This document shows positions 9,150 through 18,258 of a stretch of 30,654 bases of DNA, piece after piece; the stretch's first letter is position 1, and every line of letters begins with the position of its first letter. The notes under the pieces were generated by a model. The model searched no databases. It was not told where the DNA came from and was given only the letters and a program-made list of their open reading frames with translations. A program made the translations under genes and the position numbers. This stretch comes from an uncultured Chloroflexia bacterium (GTDB lineage Bacteria; Chloroflexota; Limnocylindria; Limnocylindrales; CSP1-4). The DNA is taken from assembly GCA_963752475.1 (NCBI GenBank), contig CAVVYR010000012.1, forward strand, positions 1-30,654. The letters run 5' to 3'.

Positions 9150-10096
9150 CTGATCTCGGCCCTCCGTGTCAGCCGCATGTAGACCACGACGAGGGCCATC
9201 AGCATCAGCGCCTGGGTCACACCCAGCGCCGCAGCCGTCCCGAAATCGAAGCCGCGGTAGGCGGTCTGATACGCGTGCAGCGGGATGGTTAGTGTCGCGT
9301 TGGCAGGGCCGCCGTTGGTGAGGATGAGGATGAGGTCGAAGTAGTTGGCGGTCCAGATGAGCCGGAGGATCGTGGTGATCAGGATCGTCGGCATGATCAG
9401 GCGCACGGTGATGTACCAGAACGACTTCCAGGAGTTGGCACCGTCGATGCGAGCCGCTTCGAGTAGCTCCGAGGGCACCGCCTGGAGGGCGGCGAGCAGC
9501 ATCACCGCGAAGAACGGGATGCCCTGCCAGATGTCGATGAACATGAGCGTCGGGAGCGCCGTGGCCGGATTAGCCAGCCAGGCTACCGGCGTCTCCTGCA
9601 GCCCGAGCGCCTGCAGCATCTCGTTGAGGATGCCCAGGTTCGGGTCGAGGATCCACATCCACATGAGTGCCACCAGGACGCTGGGTGTCGCCCAGGGCAG
9701 GAGGACGAGTCCGCGCACGAGCCCACGACCGCGGATGGCCTGGTTCAGTAGCAAGGCACCGAGCATCCCGAAGAAGAGCTGGAAGGCGACGTTGCCGACC
9801 GTCCAGACGATCGAGTTCCGCAACGCCTTGTGGAACTCGGCGGAGCCAAGCAAGCCGACGAAGTTGTCGAGCCCGACGAACGTCTGCGCGCTGAGGTTGA
9901 GCAGGTTGGTCTCGGTCACCGACAGCCAGAGCGCATTGGCGGCGGGATAGAGGATGAACCCGCCGATGATCAGCAGGGCCGGCGCCAGCATCAGCCAGTG
10001 CACCGGCAACGAGCGTCCCTGCCGGATCCGAGACAGCCGCGAAGGGCTGGTCTCGGGGCCGGGCCTGAAGGGGGCTTCTACGGGTCGTGACATCAC
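9146..10096 (-). CDS. Carbohydrate ABC transporter permease (MalF-like)
   Basis: FVGLDNF, LLPWATPSV, ELLEAARIDGA and LTNGGP. Start is GTG 10096 or ATG 10093; ATGA overlap with the next gene. Confidence 0.95.
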   Translation of the reverse strand: MMSRPVEAPFRPGPETSPSRLSRIRQGRSLPVHWLMLAPALLIIGGFILYPAANALWLSVTETNLLNLSAQTFVGLDNFVGLLGSAEFHKALRNSIVWTVGNVAFQLFFGMLGALLLNQAIRGRGLVRGLVLLPWATPSVLVALMWMWILDPNLGILNEMLQALGLQETPVAWLANPATALPTLMFIDIWQGIPFFAVMLLAALQAVPSELLEAARIDGANSWKSFWYITVRLIMPTILITTILRLIWTANYFDLILILTNGGPANATLTIPLHAYQTAYRGFDFGTAAALGVTQALMLMALVVVYMRLTRRAEIR

Positions 10097-10113
10097 AGCA
10101 CGCTACAGATGAG

Positions 10114-10158
10114 GGCGAGCCGCCCCAGGGCCGTTGTGCGGCGGAGGGGCGGCTCGCC
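10114..10158 (-). terminator. Intergenic stem-loop between the binding-protein and permease genes (mRNA stabiliser or partial terminator)
   Basis: Perfect 13-bp inverted repeat GGCGAGCCGCCCC (10114-10126) / GGGGCGGCTCGCC (10146-10158), with no U-tract. Confidence 0.6.
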
Positions 10159-10201
10159 TGCGATCGGTCTTCCGATCAGTTCAGGTTGGGCAAGACCTGG
10201 T

Positions 10202-11437
10202 CTACTCGGCCAGTGTTGCTGCGACTCCCTCCACGACGGCGTCGTTGGAGTTCTCACCCAGCAATGCGCCCTGGAAGAGCGGCTGCCAGGTCTGCTGCGT
10301 GGCCTTCGTGGTACCCGGGATGGCCGGCCAGGCCGTGACCACGTTCTCCGCCGCTTCGACGGAGATTTGGAAGAAGCGGTTGTCCTCGAAGCGAGGATCG
10401 TTGGCCACGGACTGAACCACCGGCAGGTAGCCGTTGGTCGACAGGGTGATCGCGAGCTGCGGCTGCTGCTCGGCGAGGAAGCTGATCCACTTGAACGCGG
10501 CATCCTTGCTGTCGCTGTCCGCCAGCACGGCGTTCGCGTTCATGGTCCCCATGTACGTCGTCTGGCTGGGATCGCCGGTCGCCGAGGGGATGAGGGCGAC
10601 ACAGACGTCGTCGCCATTGCTGGCTTCCAGCGTCTTGGCGGCGCCCAAGTGATTGATGATCATGGCCGCAGTGCCCGCCTGGAAGTTGGCGATGATCTGC
10701 GCGAAACCACTATTGACCGCGCCTGGCGGGGCGTATGGGTAGGTCTGGATGTAGAGGTCGTTGGAGGCCTTGGTCTCCGCGCTGTCGAAGGCGACGTTGC
10801 CCTCGTCATCGAGGAACCGTGCACCGCCAGCGACCAGGAAGGCCGCCCATTGGTCCTGACCGTTGGGGCCGCCACGGATGTCGAAGCCCCAGACCTCACT
10901 ATCGGGATCGGTGAGGGCTTCGGCCGCGGCCACGAACTCGGCCTGGGTCTTGGGCACCTCGACGCCCGCCGCCTCGAAGAGGTCGCAGCGGTAGTACAGG
11001 TAGAACATCAGGAACTTGTTGGGCATCGCGAAGATGGCCGAGCCGTCCGGGCTGGTGACGAAGTCCCACATGCTGGGGATGACGTCGTCCTTCGCGGCCC
11101 AGGCATCGATGTGCGCGTCGAGCGGCTCCAACATCTGCGCCTGCAGCAGCTGGCCGAACATGTTGGTGTTGAGATGTGTTGCATCGGGCGCGTTCCCGGC
11201 CGCGATGGCGTTGACGAGGCTGTCGTAGAACTGCGGCTGCGCCACGGAGTCACGGATGTTCACCGTGATCCCGTTGATCTGCTCGAACTGGTCGGCGAGA
11301 TCCTGGATGGTCGTGTCGGTCACGTCATCCTGCCAATACCAGTAGTCGATGCTCTGGTCGGCATCTTGCGCGCTGGCCACACCAGCGAGGGTGAGCACAC
11401 TGCTCAATCCGACGGCCAAGCCTGACCTGAATCTCAT
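10202..11437 (-). CDS. Sugar ABC transporter substrate-binding protein (CUT1, SBP_bac_1-like)
   Basis: AAGGAGG RBS, signal peptide ending ASA-QD, AIAAGNAPD, LYYRCDLFEAAG and FQAGTAAM. Confidence 0.93.
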   Translation of the reverse strand: MRFRSGLAVGLSSVLTLAGVASAQDADQSIDYWYWQDDVTDTTIQDLADQFEQINGITVNIRDSVAQPQFYDSLVNAIAAGNAPDATHLNTNMFGQLLQAQMLEPLDAHIDAWAAKDDVIPSMWDFVTSPDGSAIFAMPNKFLMFYLYYRCDLFEAAGVEVPKTQAEFVAAAEALTDPDSEVWGFDIRGGPNGQDQWAAFLVAGGARFLDDEGNVAFDSAETKASNDLYIQTYPYAPPGAVNSGFAQIIANFQAGTAAMIINHLGAAKTLEASNGDDVCVALIPSATGDPSQTTYMGTMNANAVLADSDSKDAAFKWISFLAEQQPQLAITLSTNGYLPVVQSVANDPRFEDNRFFQISVEAAENVVTAWPAIPGTTKATQQTWQPLFQGALLGENSNDAVVEGVAATLAE

Positions 11438-11522
11438 CTTGTCCTCCTTGGGCTACTGCCAGTTTCTCGGTCCATGCCCAAACCTCCGGCGGCCATCCTA
11501 TATCATCCGAGAGCCGAGGCGC

Positions 11523-11556
11523 TATACTTTTTCGAAACGTTTCGCGAACCGTTTGA
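11523..11556. promoter_or_regulatory. Divergent promoter region with a TATACT -10 box and a tandem LacI-type operator (site 1)
   Basis: TATACT at 11523-11528. Perfect palindrome CGAAACGTTTCG at 11533-11544, immediately followed by CGAACCGTTTGA at 11545-11556. Confidence 0.7.
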
Positions 11557-11605
11557 TTCGAGGCCAGCCCCAGCGCCGCGCTGGTCCGCATGGGAGTTCC
11601 ATCTG

Positions 11606-12787
11606 GTGAGTCGAGAAGTGCTGATGCCGCGCCTGTCCCAGGATATGGAGACTGGCCAGGTGGTGGAGTGGCTGAGGACCGAAGGCGACCTTGTCGAGGA
11701 GGGGGATCCGCTCCTGGTGGTGGAGACGGACAAGGCCAACATGGACGTCGAGGCGCCGGCCTCTGGGGTGCTGCGGCGCGTCCTCGCCAGCGTCGGCGAC
11801 GAGCTGACCGTCGGGAGCATCCTGGCCATCATCGTCGGCGAGGATGAGGAACTGCCGGAGCAGGAGCCCGCGTCACCGCCGGCGCCGCCCGCGTCACCTC
11901 CGGTGCCGCCGAGAGCGGACGATGACGTTGGGGCCGGCGCTCCCGCGCGTCTGGCTGTCAGCCGCTCGGGTCGCCAGCCGGTGTCTCCGGCGGCACGGCG
12001 CGTGGCGAACGAGCTCGGCGTCGACATCACCCAGCTGCGTGGCAGCGGTGAGGGCGGCCTCATCACGGAGGCCGACGTCCGCGCTGCAGGAGCCGGAGCG
12101 TCTCCATCCTCGGCGGCGGCCGCCGGTGACCGCACGGAGGTCCCCCTCGTGGGTGCGCGCCGGCGCATCGCCGAGCGCATGGCCCTGAGCCGACGGACCG
12201 TGGCCGATGTGACCACGGTCATCGACGTGGACATGGACCGTGTCGCGGCACACCGCAAGACCTCAGGCCAGCCCTACACGGCGTACGTCGCGTGGGCGGT
12301 CGCTCGCTCGCTGGTCGATCACCCGGCCCTGAGCGCGACGATGGAGGACGGCCACCTGTTCAGGTATGCCCACGTCAACCTTGGCGTCGCGGTCGCCCGC
12401 GACGACGGGCTCGTCGTCCCCGTCATCCGTGAGGCTGAAGGGCTCGCGCTCTCCGAGCTCGCGGCCAGGATTGATGACCTCGCCGCAGCGGCGAGGAGCG
12501 ACACCATCCAGCCGGAGGCACTGACGGGCTCCACCTTCACCGTGACCAACTCGGGCACCTATGGCTCGCTGCTCTTCACGCCCATCGTCAATGTGCCGGA
12601 GGTCGCCATCCTGGGCATGGGTCGGGTCGCCGACACCCCTATCGTCCGTGACGGGTCCGTGGTCGTGGCCAAGGTGATGTATCTCTCGCTGAGCTACGAC
12701 CACCGAGCGGTCGATGGGGCGGATGCCGTGTCCTTCGTGGCCGACGTGAAGCGCCGGCTCGAGACGCTGGAGGAGGCGGCCGCATGA
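11606..12787 (+). CDS. 2-oxoacid dehydrogenase E2 (dihydrolipoamide acyltransferase)
   Basis: GGGAG RBS then GTG 11606. Lipoyl domain ETDKA, peripheral-subunit-binding domain SPAARR...GSGEGGLITEADV, TFTVTNSG and catalytic DHRAVDG. Confidence 0.93.
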   Translation: MSREVLMPRLSQDMETGQVVEWLRTEGDLVEEGDPLLVVETDKANMDVEAPASGVLRRVLASVGDELTVGSILAIIVGEDEELPEQEPASPPAPPASPPVPPRADDDVGAGAPARLAVSRSGRQPVSPAARRVANELGVDITQLRGSGEGGLITEADVRAAGAGASPSSAAAAGDRTEVPLVGARRRIAERMALSRRTVADVTTVIDVDMDRVAAHRKTSGQPYTAYVAWAVARSLVDHPALSATMEDGHLFRYAHVNLGVAVARDDGLVVPVIREAEGLALSELAARIDDLAAAARSDTIQPEALTGSTFTVTNSGTYGSLLFTPIVNVPEVAILGMGRVADTPIVRDGSVVVAKVMYLSLSYDHRAVDGADAVSFVADVKRRLETLEEAAA

Positions 12788-13818
12788 CCGTGCCCACCTC
12801 GCACACGAGAGCGGGTCGACCCTCCGACGCCCTTGAGGCCGAAGCCCTGATCACGATGTACCGCCAGATGCTGCTGACCCGGGCGTACGAGGACCGCGCA
12901 CAGGAGCTGTGGTCCACGGGCGTGGTGGTCGAGTCGCTCCATGGCAGCCAGGGGCAGGAAGCCATCGGCGTGGGCGCCTGCTTCGGGCTGCGTCGCGATG
13001 ACGTCATCCTGCCGTCGCTTCGGACGCGCAGCGCCTACTTCGTGAGGGGCGTATCCCCGCGACAGTTCCTCGCCGGGATGCTGGGGAAGGCGACCGGCGC
13101 GGCCAACGGCAAGGCCACCGCGCACCACATGGCTGCGCCGGAACAGGGCGTGATGCTGGGAAGCGCCATCGTGGGCGGCTCCATCCCGGTCGCCACCGGC
13201 GCCGCTCTCGCCTTCAAGATGCAGGGACGCGACAGCGTCGCGGTCTGCTTCTTCGGCGACGGCGCCGCCCAGCGCGGCGACTTCCACGAGGCCCTCAACT
13301 TCGCTGGCGTCTTCCGGCTCCCGATTGTCTACGTCATCGAGAACAACGGCTATGCCGAGTTCACGCCCATCGAGAAGCATTTCGCAGGCTCGAGCCTGTC
13401 CCTGCGGGCGGAGGGCTACGGCTTCGGCGGATCGACCACCGACGGCAACGATGTCCTCGAGGTCTATGACACGGTCACCGATGCGGTCGCCCTCGCACGC
13501 TCTGGAGGCGGGCCGACCCTCGTGGAGTGCATCACCTACCGCCAGCGGGGCCATTCCTCGAGTCACCCGCCGACCGAAGGTCGAGACGAGGAGGAGGTCG
13601 CTTCCTGGCTGGAGAAGGATCCCATCGATCGCTACCGTCTCGAGCTGCAGCAACGCGGTCATCTCGATGACGAGCGCATCGAGCAGATCAAGCAGGACGT
13701 GGACGCGGAGATCGAGGAGGCGGTGCGCTTCGCGGAGGATAGCCCCGCACCCGATCCGGCCGAGCTTCACCGCGACGTCTACGCAGCTCCCGTGACCGCG
13801 CAGGAGGTCGGGCGATGA
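12784..13818 (+). CDS. TPP-dependent dehydrogenase E1 alpha subunit
   Basis: GQEAIGVG, TPP motif FGDGA...ENNGYA, DGNDV and GPTLVECITYR..GHS. Confidence 0.93.
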   Translation: MTVPTSHTRAGRPSDALEAEALITMYRQMLLTRAYEDRAQELWSTGVVVESLHGSQGQEAIGVGACFGLRRDDVILPSLRTRSAYFVRGVSPRQFLAGMLGKATGAANGKATAHHMAAPEQGVMLGSAIVGGSIPVATGAALAFKMQGRDSVAVCFFGDGAAQRGDFHEALNFAGVFRLPIVYVIENNGYAEFTPIEKHFAGSSLSLRAEGYGFGGSTTDGNDVLEVYDTVTDAVALARSGGGPTLVECITYRQRGHSSSHPPTEGRDEEEVASWLEKDPIDRYRLELQQRGHLDDERIEQIKQDVDAEIEEAVRFAEDSPAPDPAELHRDVYAAPVTAQEVGR

Positions 13819-14801
13819 GCGTGATGACCAACCGCGACGCGGTCCGACGTGCGCTCCAAGAGGAGATGCGACGAGATGAGCGCGTCTTCCTCTTCGGCGA
13901 GGATGTCGCGGAGCCGGGCGGTGTGTTCAAGGTGTCGCAAGGGCTCCTCGACGAGTTCGGGCCCGAACGTGTCTTCGACACGCCCATCAGCGAATCGGCG
14001 CTCGCTGGCGTCGCCGTGGGTGCGGCCATGATGGGCATGCGTCCCGTGCTCGAATTAATGTTCGCGGACTTCACGACCATCGCCATGGACGGCATCGTGA
14101 ATTCCGCCGCCAAGACCAGGTTCCTCTCGGCCGGCGAGGTCAGCGCGCCACTCACCGTCCGGATGACGTATGGGGCGGGCCCGCGCTGGGGTGCACAGCA
14201 CACCCAGTCGATTGAGTCGTGGCTGACCAATGTCCCCGGCCTGACCATCGTGATGCCGTCGACGCCCTCAGATATGCTGGGTCTGCTGAAGTCGTCGATC
14301 CGCTCGCCCGACCCGGTCATCTTCCTCGAGCACAAGCAGACCTACGGGCTGAAGGGCGAGGTCCCCGACGTGGAGTACACCCTGCCCATCGGACGGGCGG
14401 ACATCAAGCGTGCCGGTGAGGACGTCACCATCGTGGCCTCCGGGGCGATGGTGGAGCGTGCGCTCAAGGCGTCCGAGGCACTCGGTGCCCGGGGGACCAG
14501 CGCGGAGGTGATCGACATCCGCACCGTCCTGCCCCTCGACGTCGAGACCATTGTCGAGTCTGTCGTGCGCACCGCGCATCTGGTGGTGGTGCATGAGGCC
14601 CCCGTCTTCGGCGGCATCGGAGGCGAGATTGCGGCCTCGGTGGCGCAGGAGGCGTTCGGCTACCTCGATGCTCCGGTCCAGCGCCTCGGTGGCGCCTGGG
14701 CGCCGATCCCGTTCGGGCAGACGCTCATCGATGAGTACCTGCCGAGTGAGGCGGAGATCGTGCGCGCGGCATCACAGACCCTCGGCGGATCCGTGAGCTA
14801 G
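13815..14801 (+). CDS. TPP-dependent dehydrogenase E1 beta subunit
   Basis: GEDV..PGGVF, DTPISE, RPVLELMFADF, GAQHTQS and DPVIFLEHK. Confidence 0.94.
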   Translation: MSVMTNRDAVRRALQEEMRRDERVFLFGEDVAEPGGVFKVSQGLLDEFGPERVFDTPISESALAGVAVGAAMMGMRPVLELMFADFTTIAMDGIVNSAAKTRFLSAGEVSAPLTVRMTYGAGPRWGAQHTQSIESWLTNVPGLTIVMPSTPSDMLGLLKSSIRSPDPVIFLEHKQTYGLKGEVPDVEYTLPIGRADIKRAGEDVTIVASGAMVERALKASEALGARGTSAEVIDIRTVLPLDVETIVESVVRTAHLVVVHEAPVFGGIGGEIAASVAQEAFGYLDAPVQRLGGAWAPIPFGQTLIDEYLPSEAEIVRAASQTLGGSVS

Positions 14802-14829
14802 GCGTGGGAGCCGGAAGGACGGCAGCCAC

Positions 14830-16392
14830 ATGGACGTAGTGCTCGGTATCGACATCGGTACTTACAGCTCCAAGGGTGTCGTCTGTCGGGCGGATGGGAC
14901 GCTCCTCGCGGATGCCCGGGTCGATCACGGTGTCTCGATTCCCGGGGCGGGCCGGTTGGAGCACGACGCCGATGCGGTGTGGTGGGGCGACCTCGTCAAG
15001 CTCAGCAAGCGACTCACGGCGCAGATGCCGGCGGATGCCCGTGTCGCTGCCGTGGGCCTGAGCGCGATCGGACCCTGCCTGCTGCCGGTCAATCGGGCCG
15101 GCCGGCCGCTCCGCCCCGCCATCCTCTATGGCGCCGACAGCCGCGCGACCGACCAGCTGGCCCGCCTGGAGCGCGGGCGCAAAGCCGCCATCACGCGCCT
15201 CAGTGGCACCCACATGACGAGTCAGGCGGCGGGGCCCAAGATCATGTGGCTGATCGAGCACGAGCCCGAGGTGATGCGACGGACCGCCAAGCTGATGACG
15301 GCGGCTGGCTACCTCGTCCTGCGGCTGACGGGCGAGTACTCGACCGACCATCACAACGCCTCGTACTTCGCGCCGTTCTACGATCTGCGACGCGCTGAGT
15401 GGGACCTCCGCTTCGCTGACGGCGCGGTCGATCCAGACCTGTTGCCGCCGTTGCGCTGGCCGAGCGACATCGTGGGCCAGGTGTCGAAGACCGCTGCAGC
15501 CGCCACCGGCATCCCCGCGGGCACACCTGTCTTGGCCGGGACCACGGATGGCGGAGCCGATGCCGTCGGTGCCGGCGTCATCCACCCGGGCGACCTGATG
15601 CTCTCCTACGGCAGCACGTCGGCGCTGGTTCTGGTGCTCGACGGCCTGCAGACGGCGAGGCCACTGTGGGCCACGCGAGGCTCCTGGCCGGACGACTACG
15701 TGCTCACCGCGGCCCTCTCCACCAGCGGCTCCATCACCACCTGGTGTCGTGAGCAGTTCGCCCGCGAGTTCCCGCTGGACGGGCCCGGTGAGGCCGGGCT
15801 GGCCTACGAGCAGCTGTCGCGGGAGGCGGAAGCCTCGACCTGTGGCGCGCGTGGTCTGCTGCTCCTGCCGTACTTCAGCGGAGAGCGCAGTCCCTTCAAT
15901 GACCCGCACGCGCGCGGCGTCATCGCCGGCCTCAGCCTGTCACATCGACGTGGTGACGTATACCGCGCCATTCTCGAAGGTACCGCCTTCGGCATCCGGC
16001 ACAACATCGAGACCATGGTCGCGAGCGGGACGGTGCCGAGGCGGGTGGTCGCCGTGGGCGGGGGCACTGCCAGCCGGCTGTGGCTCCAGATCGTCTCCGA
16101 CGTGACCGGGCTAACGCAGGAGCTGCCCGATCGCGCCATCGGGGCCGCGTACGGCGACGCCTTCCTCGCAGCAACCACGATCGGGCTCTTCGATCGCCGC
16201 TCCCGTGACCGGTCGTGGAACCGGATCATGGGACGGGTCGAGCCGGATGCGCAGCGTGGACGAGCGTACGAGCGCCGGTACGCACTCTACCGGGAACTCT
16301 ACGAGAGCACGAAGCGTGTCGTCCACGCGCTCGCCGAGGAGGCTGCATCGGCCAGCGAGCCGGCCGCGGACGGCGCTCCGGTGACGACCTGA
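14830..16392 (+). CDS. FGGY-family carbohydrate kinase (xylulokinase-like)
   Basis: LGIDIGTYSSKG, PAILYGADSR, AGTTDG, SYGST, LPYFSGERSP and RAILEGTAF. Confidence 0.93.
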   Translation: MDVVLGIDIGTYSSKGVVCRADGTLLADARVDHGVSIPGAGRLEHDADAVWWGDLVKLSKRLTAQMPADARVAAVGLSAIGPCLLPVNRAGRPLRPAILYGADSRATDQLARLERGRKAAITRLSGTHMTSQAAGPKIMWLIEHEPEVMRRTAKLMTAAGYLVLRLTGEYSTDHHNASYFAPFYDLRRAEWDLRFADGAVDPDLLPPLRWPSDIVGQVSKTAAAATGIPAGTPVLAGTTDGGADAVGAGVIHPGDLMLSYGSTSALVLVLDGLQTARPLWATRGSWPDDYVLTAALSTSGSITTWCREQFAREFPLDGPGEAGLAYEQLSREAEASTCGARGLLLLPYFSGERSPFNDPHARGVIAGLSLSHRRGDVYRAILEGTAFGIRHNIETMVASGTVPRRVVAVGGGTASRLWLQIVSDVTGLTQELPDRAIGAAYGDAFLAATTIGLFDRRSRDRSWNRIMGRVEPDAQRGRAYERRYALYRELYESTKRVVHALAEEAASASEPAADGAPVTT

Positions 16393-16460
16393 AACGATGC
16401 GTGAGCCTCATCTTGTCGCCGGCACGGGGCTTAGCCCCCGATGGCCCGCGCGTGCAGGTC

Positions 16461-17195
16461 TCAGGCGGGGATGCCACCGAGCTGACGGGCGAGATCGACG
16501 AAGTCGGTGGCCACGATCTGCGCGTCCTCGCCGGGTTCCGAGTCGGGCGACGGGATGTCCCACCACTCATCGGGTCGATAGACGAACGCCGTCTGCATCC
16601 CGCAGGCGCGCGCGGCCCCGATGTCGTTGTTGTGGGTCGACACGAGCATGATGCGCTGCGGGGGCAGGTCCAGCCAGCGGGCGACGGTCTCGTAGGTGCG
16701 GTGGTCGGTCTTGTAGATGCCGATCATCTCGCATGAGAACACGGCATCCCAGGTCAGGCCCGCTCGGCGTGAAGCCTCGACCACGAGCGCGGTCGTGAGG
16801 ATGGTGAAGGGACATACGATGAAGCGCTCGCGCAGGAGGGGAAGGCCCCGGGTCACGTCCGGCCACGGCCTCACCTGCCGCCAGGAGCGCACGAGCTCAC
16901 GTCGATCGTGGACCGAGAAGCCAGCGACCTCACGCTGCTCCAGCGTGGACTCCAGCGTTCGCTCGAGCACGCCATCCATGTTCATGTCCGCGTGCCCTTC
17001 GGGGCCGGACAGGCCGGCACCCACCATCCCGGTCGACAGGCGGCGCCAGGTCTTGGTCACCGCAGACCAGTCCGCCTCGATCCCGCGGAGCTCGCCTTGG
17101 CGCTCGAATGCCTGGTGCACCGCGCTGTGCCAGTCGAAGACCGTTCCGCCCGTATCGAAGGCGAGCGCCGCGAGGTCGTGGTCAGTCGTCGTCAT
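16461..17195 (-). CDS. HAD-superfamily hydrolase, type II haloacid-dehalogenase-like
   Basis: Start ATG 17195 (the track ORF is over-extended). AFDTGGTVFDW, WDAVFSCEMIGIYK and MLVSTHNNDI.AA..CGMQTAFVYRP.E. Confidence 0.85.
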   Translation of the reverse strand: MTTTDHDLAALAFDTGGTVFDWHSAVHQAFERQGELRGIEADWSAVTKTWRRLSTGMVGAGLSGPEGHADMNMDGVLERTLESTLEQREVAGFSVHDRRELVRSWRQVRPWPDVTRGLPLLRERFIVCPFTILTTALVVEASRRAGLTWDAVFSCEMIGIYKTDHRTYETVARWLDLPPQRIMLVSTHNNDIGAARACGMQTAFVYRPDEWWDIPSPDSEPGEDAQIVATDFVDLARQLGGIPA

Positions 17196-17294
17196 GACAC
17201 CATGGTGGCACATCCCACTGCCGTGGCCTACACGGAGCGGGGGGTCTCCACGCCCTCGCCCGTCGACCAGGAGACACGGGTTGCAGGAGGATCG

Positions 17295-18257
17295 ATGACC
17301 AGCTCCGAACCGGGCGCGCCGCTCGACGTCTTGACCATCGGCCGCTGCGTCGTGGATTTGTATCCCGACCGCGACGGCCTTACGCTCGATCGCGTCGAGT
17401 CCTTCCAGCGTTATCTCGGTGGTAGCCCCACCAACGTCGCGGTCGCCGCCGCGCGACTGGGGCACCGCGCGGCGGTCATCACCCGCACCGGCAGCGATCC
17501 CTTCGCGGAGTTCATCCGTCGCGAGCTGCGTCGCCTCGGCGTCCAGACCGACCACGTGTCGACGGCCCCCGACACGAGCACCACGCTGGCATTCTGCGAG
17601 ATCTTCCCGCCCAACAGGTTCCCGCTCTACTTCTTTCGCGATCCGCTCCCGCCGGACCTGCGGATCGACCCCGCTGAGCTCGACCTCGTCGCGATCGCCG
17701 GTGTGCGCGTATTCTGGGCCACGCTCACGGGGCTGTCCAGGGACCCCAGCCGTGCCGCCCATCACGCCGCCTGGCAGTCGAGGGGTCGAAAGGACGCGAC
17801 CGTGCTGGACCTCGACTACCGCCCGGCCTACTGGGACTCCCCGGCGGAGGCAGGGGCCGAGGGTCGCCGGGCGCTCGAGCAGGCGACGGTCGTCGTCGGC
17901 AACCTCGAGGAATGCGAGCTCGTCGTCGGTGCGTCCGATCCCGACCGCGCCGTCGATGCGTTGCTGGAGGCGGGAGTGGAGCTCGCTCTCGTCAAGATGG
18001 GTCCCGCCGGGGTGCTGGCCGCGAGCCCGGCCGAACGCCTGCGGGTGCCGGCCATGCCCATCGACGTGGTCAATGGCCTGGGGGCGGGTGATGGCTTCGG
18101 TGGCGCGCTCTGCCACGGCCTCTTGTGCGGGCTCGAGCTGGAGGAACTGCTGCGCTTCGCGAGCGCCGCTGGGGCCATCGTGGCTTCCCGGCGTGCCTGT
18201 GCCACGGCGATGCCGACCCTCGACGAGGTCGAGTCACTGCTCCGGGCGCGAGGTTGA
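17295..18257 (+). CDS. iolC: 5-dehydro-2-deoxygluconokinase (PfkB family)
   Basis: AGGAGG RBS. DVLTIGR..VDLYP, YLGGSPTNVAVAAARLG, AFCEIFPP..FPLYFFR, LDLDYRP and VVNGLGAGDGFGGALCHGLL are characteristic of IolC. Confidence 0.92.
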   Translation: MTSSEPGAPLDVLTIGRCVVDLYPDRDGLTLDRVESFQRYLGGSPTNVAVAAARLGHRAAVITRTGSDPFAEFIRRELRRLGVQTDHVSTAPDTSTTLAFCEIFPPNRFPLYFFRDPLPPDLRIDPAELDLVAIAGVRVFWATLTGLSRDPSRAAHHAAWQSRGRKDATVLDLDYRPAYWDSPAEAGAEGRRALEQATVVVGNLEECELVVGASDPDRAVDALLEAGVELALVKMGPAGVLAASPAERLRVPAMPIDVVNGLGAGDGFGGALCHGLLCGLELEELLRFASAAGAIVASRRACATAMPTLDEVESLLRARG

Positions 18258-18258
18258 C

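Noticed and set aside
10109-11425. 438-aa antisense ORF over the binding-protein gene, and similar antisense ORFs elsewhere
   Set aside because: Typical codon-bias mirror ORFs with no motifs.
16426-16438. GGGGC-TTA-GCCCC hairpin between convergent genes
   Set aside because: A 5-bp stem with no U-tract is too weak to call a terminator.
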